A DNA stretch of 40,149 bases, taken from positions 1 through 40,149 of the forward strand of contig MHNO01000010.1 of the NCBI GenBank assembly GCA_001819815.1, in the 5' to 3' direction. Below, piece after piece: positions 35,583-40,149 of this stretch. The notes beneath the pieces are model-generated. The model worked only from the letters and a program-made list of their open reading frames with translations. It did no database searches and was not told the origin of the DNA. The DNA comes from Candidatus Ryanbacteria bacterium RIFCSPHIGHO2_02_FULL_45_17b (GTDB lineage Bacteria; Patescibacteriota; Minisyncoccia; Ryanbacterales; 2-02-FULL-48-12). Within the stretch, counting starts at the first letter, position 1. Every line of letters begins with the position of its first letter. A program made the translations under genes and the position numbers.

Positions 35583-35794
35583 TCTTCTCGCTTAGAGTTG
35601 TTTTACATTGTACAATAGATACAGCAAAACCGTTTTATTGAGTTTATAAAATTTTGTAGACTCTTATCACCCAGAAAATGGGAAATAGGTTTTTACCTAA
35701 AATTTTGTTTGCGGTTTTGTAGCTCAATAAAACGGAGTTCTTTATACAATTTCTCCGTTTATATCCCCGGGTGACCCCCGGGGAAATTTTTTGA
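35583..35794 (+). ncRNA. Candidate structured small RNA or 3'UTR. Contains 13-bp IR ccgttttattgag/ctcaataaaacgg, hairpin aaacggag-N15-ctccgttt, and a terminal intrinsic terminator ccccggg-tgacc-cccgggg followed by AAATTTTTT
   Basis: Structures read from the sequence. The plus-strand terminator lies 200 nt beyond the DUF192 stop and abuts the stop of the convergent protease gene. Confidence 0.4.
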
Positions 35795-36844
35795 TTATGG
35801 ATTTCCTGCAAGATAGGTGTCCAAATCTTTGCCAGTCGCCGCACGCACGGTTTCGTTTATGGCAAAAGGAGTTAGTGAAAACAACGTGCGTTCTGACACG
35901 TATTCAGCATGGATGTCGTTTACAGCAAAAATAAGTCCGGCCAATTCACCCGTAAAAGGATCAAGCAAAATACCCCCTGATGAACCTTTTTGTGATCCGA
36001 GTCCTTGAGCGGATTCTATAAAATAGGTATCATGTGATATGATTTGCGTTTCTGAAAACGACAAATAAAGCGCGCTTACTACCGCGTACGAGCCCAGCAG
36101 TTCCGCCGGGTAGCTGAAGGTGGCGAGTGCTGTGCCATCAGTAGGAACATTAGCAGGGTAGATAGAAAAAAACGGAAACACGCCGCTGGTATTTTTTTCA
36201 ATTATGTTTGTTATTTTCCAAATCGCCACGTCTGTTGCAAGGTTTTCACGTGTGCGACTTTTGCTGGAAAAACCTGGGGATAGAAATACGCGTTCCGCGA
36301 TGGCAAAATTACGTGCCGGAGAGCCCCGACGTATAAGACATGTATGCGATTGTTCCGCATCCGCAACATGGGCGTTTGTAAGAATATAGCCTTGCGGGTG
36401 GATGATAACACCAGTGGCGATGGCGACTTCGTTGTTTGGAAGCTCGCAGAAAAGATTTACTACGCGTTCGGATGCCATGGCATAGAGTTCTTGTGAGGGA
36501 ACGCGCGGGATGGGATCAGGCGGGGGAGCAACAGGTTCTTTTACAATTACGCGTTCTTCCTGCATGGTTTTTAATTTTTCAGGGGATGTGCCAAGTACGT
36601 TTTTTTCCGTCTCTTTTGGTTCGGTTTTTTCTTCATTTGGTGTCGGCTCGTTTGATGTTTCGGTATAAGAAGCAGTATGTTCAGGTATGGTATTTATTTG
36701 AACTTCAGGCGAGGGTATTGCGAAAGAAAGGAGTGATTCGAAAACCGGGTTCTCAACCGCAAACAACAACACAAGCCCCAAGGCGCATATACCGACTGCG
36801 AGTATGCTTAATCGTAGATTGCCGAACATATTTTGATTATACAA
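35795..36844 (-). CDS. Membrane-anchored trypsin-like (S1 family) serine peptidase
   Basis: Catalytic motifs TNAHV (His), GSSGG (Ser). N-terminal TM. No PDZ domain recognised. Confidence 0.75.
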   Translation of the reverse strand: MYNQNMFGNLRLSILAVGICALGLVLLFAVENPVFESLLSFAIPSPEVQINTIPEHTASYTETSNEPTPNEEKTEPKETEKNVLGTSPEKLKTMQEERVIVKEPVAPPPDPIPRVPSQELYAMASERVVNLFCELPNNEVAIATGVIIHPQGYILTNAHVADAEQSHTCLIRRGSPARNFAIAERVFLSPGFSSKSRTRENLATDVAIWKITNIIEKNTSGVFPFFSIYPANVPTDGTALATFSYPAELLGSYAVVSALYLSFSETQIISHDTYFIESAQGLGSQKGSSGGILLDPFTGELAGLIFAVNDIHAEYVSERTLFSLTPFAINETVRAATGKDLDTYLAGNP

Positions 36845-36883
36845 AATATCGCGCCATTGTCATATAGATATCATCGGGATATC

Positions 36884-37711
36884 ATGATTTGCATGGTAGA
36901 AAAACGTAATCAGCGTATAGGAGTGTTTGATTCTGGTTTAGGCGGTTTGTTTACGTTGCGCGCGCTTGCGCGGGATTTGCCGATGTATGATTATGTGTAT
37001 GTGGGTGATACGAAGCGCGTACCCTATGGTAACCGTTCACCTAAAACCGTGTATGAGTTTACGCGGCAGGCGGTGGAATATTTATTTTTACAAAAAAAGT
37101 GCAAGTTGGTAATTGTTGCCTGCAACACGGCATCCGCGCTTGCGTTGCGTCGTCTTCAACGGGAGTTTTTGCCTAACCATTTTCCTGATAGGCGTTTGCT
37201 AGGCGTATTGGTGCCTTTGGCAGAAGCAATACAAGAAAGGGGCTCTCGGCGGGTAGGTGTGCTTGCGACGCAATCCACGACAGAATCCCATGCGATCCAG
37301 CGGGAAATTGTGAAGCGCATTGCCCGTGTTGCCGTGTTTGAGCGCGCGGCACCTTTGTTGGTGCCTATAATCGAAAGCGGAGAGTTACAATTAGCGCGTG
37401 ATGCGCTCGCTTTTTATCTAAAACCATTAATACAAAAGAATACAGATTGTTTGGCATTGGGGTGCACACATTACCCGATTTTCAAGCGCACAATAAAAAG
37501 CATGGTGGGTCCGGATGTCGCGGTTGTCTCGCAAGATGAATTTCTCGGCGCAAAGCTGGCTGATTATTTGAAACGCCATCCTGACGTAGAGCAGTCCCTT
37601 TCCCGTGGTCGGCGGAGAATTATATGTCTGACCGATAAAACGCCGGAGTTTGAGAAACGCGCGAAAGAATGGTTTGGGAAAAGTATGCCGTTGAAATTTA
37701 TTAGCTTTTAG
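36884..37711 (+). CDS. murI: Glutamate racemase
   Basis: RIGVFDSGLGGLFTLRAL, VIVACNTASA, LGCTHYP motifs. Start ATG 36884 or 36893. The six-frame ORF extends upstream to 36833. Confidence 0.9.
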   Translation: MICMVEKRNQRIGVFDSGLGGLFTLRALARDLPMYDYVYVGDTKRVPYGNRSPKTVYEFTRQAVEYLFLQKKCKLVIVACNTASALALRRLQREFLPNHFPDRRLLGVLVPLAEAIQERGSRRVGVLATQSTTESHAIQREIVKRIARVAVFERAAPLLVPIIESGELQLARDALAFYLKPLIQKNTDCLALGCTHYPIFKRTIKSMVGPDVAVVSQDEFLGAKLADYLKRHPDVEQSLSRGRRRIICLTDKTPEFEKRAKEWFGKSMPLKFISF

Positions 37712-37721
37712 TTTCCGAGTT

Positions 37722-38441
37722 ATGCATCGTTTTTTTACACTGCAACAACTTCATGAGGGCGCGTTGATGATTGATGATGCTGTTTTGGTGCATCAAGCGC
37801 GGGTAGTGCTACGCATGAAACCCAATGACGAAATTGTTCTGTTTTGCGGCGGCGAAGCGCTTGGTTGGGATTTCCGTTTCCATATTGAGCGTATTACGGA
37901 TCGCGTGTTGGATGGCGCGGTGGTAGGGCGCACAAAAAACGAACACGAGCCGCGCGTGGCGGTAACATTGTATCAGGCGCTTCTGAAAAAAGACAACATG
38001 GAGCTTATTTTTGAAAAATGTACCGAAGTGGGAATTTCTACGTTTGTGCCGATAGCGTCTGAGCGTTCCATTAAAAAAAGCGTTAATCAGGAACGCGCCG
38101 AAAAAATTATAAAAGAAGCCTCTGAACAAAGCGGCCGCGCTTTGGTGCCTCGCGTTCAGTCGATTATTACGTTTGCGGAGGCGATTGCTATTGCTAAAAA
38201 GACCGGCAGTCTCAATATTATTGCGCATGAAAAAGAAACACGCCGATCATTGGATGCGGCCCCTCCCACAAGCCGCCGCGTGTCGCTTTTTATTGGCCCG
38301 GAAGGAGGATTTTCCGAAAAGGAAATTACCATGGCGCGTAATGCGGGTTTTTTTATAACATCGCTTTCCCGCCGCGTATTGCGAGCCGAAACCGCGGCCA
38401 TTGTGGGAAGCTACGCGGTTTTACATAGATTTGGTAACTAA
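37722..38441 (+). CDS. rsmE: 16S rRNA (uracil1498-N3)-methyltransferase RsmE
   Basis: MHRFF N-terminus. SPOUT C-terminal LFIGPEGGFSEKEI motif. Confidence 0.85.
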   Translation: MHRFFTLQQLHEGALMIDDAVLVHQARVVLRMKPNDEIVLFCGGEALGWDFRFHIERITDRVLDGAVVGRTKNEHEPRVAVTLYQALLKKDNMELIFEKCTEVGISTFVPIASERSIKKSVNQERAEKIIKEASEQSGRALVPRVQSIITFAEAIAIAKKTGSLNIIAHEKETRRSLDAAPPTSRRVSLFIGPEGGFSEKEITMARNAGFFITSLSRRVLRAETAAIVGSYAVLHRFGN

Positions 38442-38495
38442 TAGACAAAACATAGAATTATAAATTTACCGTGCGACCGCTCGGCAAGTTTATAA

Positions 38496-38524
38496 AAAAC
38501 ACCAACCGCGGGTGGTTGGTGTGG
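38496..38524 (-). terminator. Intrinsic terminator caccaacc-gcgg-gtggttggtg with A/T run. Copy 1 of an identical 28-nt repeat
   Basis: aaaaaacaccaaccgcgggtggttggtg is identical to 39102-39129. On the minus strand it reads hairpin followed by TTTTTT. Confidence 0.75.
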
Positions 38525-38544
38525 AATGCTGTTGATAGTATGCG

Positions 38545-38817
38545 CTACAATATATCAATATCGAAATCATCATAGCGATGCGTCTGTGTGTAGATAACCC
38601 AACCCACAACTTCTGAATTTGGAAGATGTCCATATTGTATAGATTTGATTGTCTCACCCCCCAAGTATGGAATAGTGGTGTAAAACACAATTTTGCCATT
38701 AGACAGAATACACACGGCCGTGATCTGTCCAATTAAGATGATTCCTGTCGTTCTGATTATCATCTTCTTCCCCACTAGCCCTATAACAAAACTTTCATCT
38801 TGTTGAATATGTGTCAT
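38545..38817 (-). CDS. Hypothetical small protein (90 aa)
   Basis: ORF translationally coupled (2-nt gap) to the upstream 72-aa ORF. Followed by the terminator. Confidence 0.5.
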   Translation of the reverse strand: MTHIQQDESFVIGLVGKKMIIRTTGIILIGQITAVCILSNGKIVFYTTIPYLGGETIKSIQYGHLPNSEVVGWVIYTQTHRYDDFDIDIL

Positions 38818-38819
38818 GG

Positions 38820-39038
38820 CTACTCCTTATGCTGTTGTCGAATGTACTTTTGAGCGTCGGCAAGTCCGCTTTCTGCCTGCTCTTTAGAAATTTTTCCTTG
38901 GGCGAGGGAAGCAGTTATCCATAGGATACTTTCCGTTGCCATACGGTGAAGAAAATCTTTCCCCCAATATTCGGTGCGCTCTCCCTCGGCTACCTGCCGA
39001 GCTACAACTTTCGCAAACTCTCCCATCATGGTGCACAT
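38820..39038 (-). CDS. Hypothetical small helical protein (72 aa)
   Basis: Perfect SD aaaggagg 5 nt upstream. Promoter TTGACA upstream. Confidence 0.55.
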   Translation of the reverse strand: MCTMMGEFAKVVARQVAEGERTEYWGKDFLHRMATESILWITASLAQGKISKEQAESGLADAQKYIRQQHKE

Positions 39039-39059
39039 GTAGACCTCCTTTCGCCCACA

Positions 39060-39090
39060 GATTTTATTTATCTTTTAGCATATAAATAAA
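39060..39090 (-). promoter_or_regulatory. Sigma70-like promoter (TTGACA-17-TAAAAG) for the 72-aa/90-aa operon
   Basis: Minus-strand read TTGACAAATATTTATTTATATGCTAAAAG. The -35 is consensus, the -10 is weaker. Confidence 0.5.
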
Positions 39091-39101
39091 TATTTGTCAA
39101 A

Positions 39102-39131
39102 AAAACACCAACCGCGGGTGGTTGGTGGTGA
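39102..39131 (-). terminator. Intrinsic terminator, copy 2 of the identical 28-nt caccaacc hairpin repeat
   Basis: Identical to 38496-38523. Immediately downstream of the 95-aa gene. Confidence 0.75.
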
Positions 39132-39150
39132 AAAAATGTTGGTCAGAATG

Positions 39151-39438
39151 TTATGGACGAAGCAATCCACGCGGAATTGCAATGATTGTTTTTACTACAG
39201 CAGACGCCTCCGCAAAGAGGAGCGCCTTGTCAGCACCCAACCCCATGCGAAGCGCCGATTCCACCATCGTATTGTAGCTTTCTGGCAGAAAACTACAAAA
39301 AAATTTTATGGCGATGAGATTCCAATCTAACATCGCCACCACGAGCCCGGACGCGTACGTCCAGGCGAGGACAAGAAGTCCGACACCAATAAGGGTGCAG
39401 ATACCTCGCCCGAGCATGTTTTTAACTCCCATAGACAT
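39151..39438 (-). CDS. Hypothetical small membrane protein (95 aa)
   Basis: SD aaaggggg upstream. TM segment GICTLIGVGLLVLAW. Consensus promoter upstream, terminator downstream. Confidence 0.55.
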   Translation of the reverse strand: MSMGVKNMLGRGICTLIGVGLLVLAWTYASGLVVAMLDWNLIAIKFFCSFLPESYNTMVESALRMGLGADKALLFAEASAVVKTIIAIPRGLLRP

Positions 39439-39471
39439 AGAACCCCCTTTTCAAGCTACAAGATTATTCAT

Positions 39472-39500
39472 ATTATATAATAATATAAAGTATTTGTCAA
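39472..39500 (-). promoter_or_regulatory. Perfect consensus sigma70 promoter TTGACA-17-TATAAT for the 95-aa gene
   Basis: Minus-strand read TTGACAAATACTTTATATTATTATATAAT. The 10-mer ttgacaaata is shared with the promoter at 39081-39090. Confidence 0.65.
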
Positions 39501-39682
39501 CCTCTTTACAACAGGTTTCTGTTTCGGCTACACTTGGGTTATTCCGCAGACAACGGCTGTCCAGAGAAAAGGACTTAATTTGCCGTCAAGGAACGCACAG
39601 TGTTTTTGTGTATTTTTCTGCGGTCAAAGGCCGTTTTTTGTTTTTCTGTGAGCTGACAGCTATAAGCTAAAAGCTATCTAGA
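39501..39682 (+). promoter_or_regulatory. Probable ribosomal protein L10 (rplJ) leader / autoregulatory 5'UTR
   Basis: About 180 nt structured GC-richer untranslated region directly upstream of rplJ. Position-based inference from the known L10-leader arrangement. Confidence 0.35.
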
Positions 39683-40149
39683 TGATTACAAAAGTAAAAA
39701 AAGAACAGATTGTTTCCCATCTTTCTAAGCTTTTTAAGAAAGCTGATTTAATGGTATTTGTGGGTTTTCGTAAACTTTCGGTTGCAAAAGCAAACGAGCT
39801 TCGGAGGAAATTGCGGGAGGTTGGCGCAAGTTACACAGTTACCAAAAAACGCCTCGCCCGCCTTGTCTTAAAAAACGAAGGGGTGGAGATGCCCAAATTG
39901 GAGGGGGAAGTGGCGTTTATCATGAGCGGCCAGGAAGTGCTTGCGGCCGCAAAAGAGATATATGCGTTTTCAAAAAAGAATCGCGAACAGTCAACCATTA
40001 TCGGCGGCGTGTACCAAAAAAACATTGTGGATGCAGGTGCCATTATGCGTCTCGCGCAAATTCCGTCGCGAGAAGTTCTTCTTGCCCAGTTACTTGGCGT
40101 GTTGCAGGGGCCGATGCGCGGGTTTATGGCTGTGCTTAATGGAAATCAG
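39683..40149 (+). CDS. rplJ: 50S ribosomal protein L10 (partial, runs off the window end)
   Basis: MITKVKKEQIVSHLSKLFKKADLMVFVGFRKLSVAKANELRRKLREVGASYTVTKKRLARL... is typical L10. Confidence 0.85.

Noticed and set aside
1-40149. CRISPR arrays, transposases, integrases, rRNA
   Set aside because: No regularly spaced direct repeats, no IS/transposase or integrase-like ORFs, and no rRNA-like sequence were seen.

Overview
This window looks like a bacterial chromosomal segment from a small-genome organism. A Patescibacteria/CPR-like lineage is an inference only, based on LTD-domain secreted proteins, many orphan ORFs, AT-rich intergenic regions with TATAAT boxes 8-12 nt from start codons, and general gene content.

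Gene content:
- About two thirds of the window (5.2-24 kb) is one large glycan-biosynthesis locus. It holds seven GT4 glycosyltransferases, a CDP-alcohol phosphatidyltransferase, a CE4 polysaccharide deacetylase, a FemAB/GNAT-like protein, a Dpm1/ArnC-like GT2, two PMT/ArnT-like GT-C membrane transferases, a SAM methyltransferase and GDP-mannose 4,6-dehydratase.
- Two tandem RtcB-family paralogs are embedded in this locus.
- Upstream are Ser/Thr-rich secreted proteins (a PG-binding protein and an LTD-PKD-LTD protein) that are plausible glycosylation substrates.
- Downstream are a 940-aa Cys/Gly/Thr-rich secreted protein, tRNA-Ser(UGA) with an adjacent degenerate tRNA-fragment repeat, a Pif1-like helicase, an ACP homolog whose phosphopantetheine serine is replaced by Glu, a beta-helix secreted protein, and a run of housekeeping genes (rsmI, DUF167, flotillin-like, DUF192, S1 protease, murI, rsmE).
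- The window ends with a block of small orphan genes carrying consensus promoters and identical hairpin terminators, the rplJ leader, and partial rplJ.

Long perfect inverted repeats (stems 12-27 bp) recur across the window. Two lie inside coding sequence. Some share core motifs.

Also found: one tRNA and one candidate sRNA. No CRISPR array and no transposase were found.
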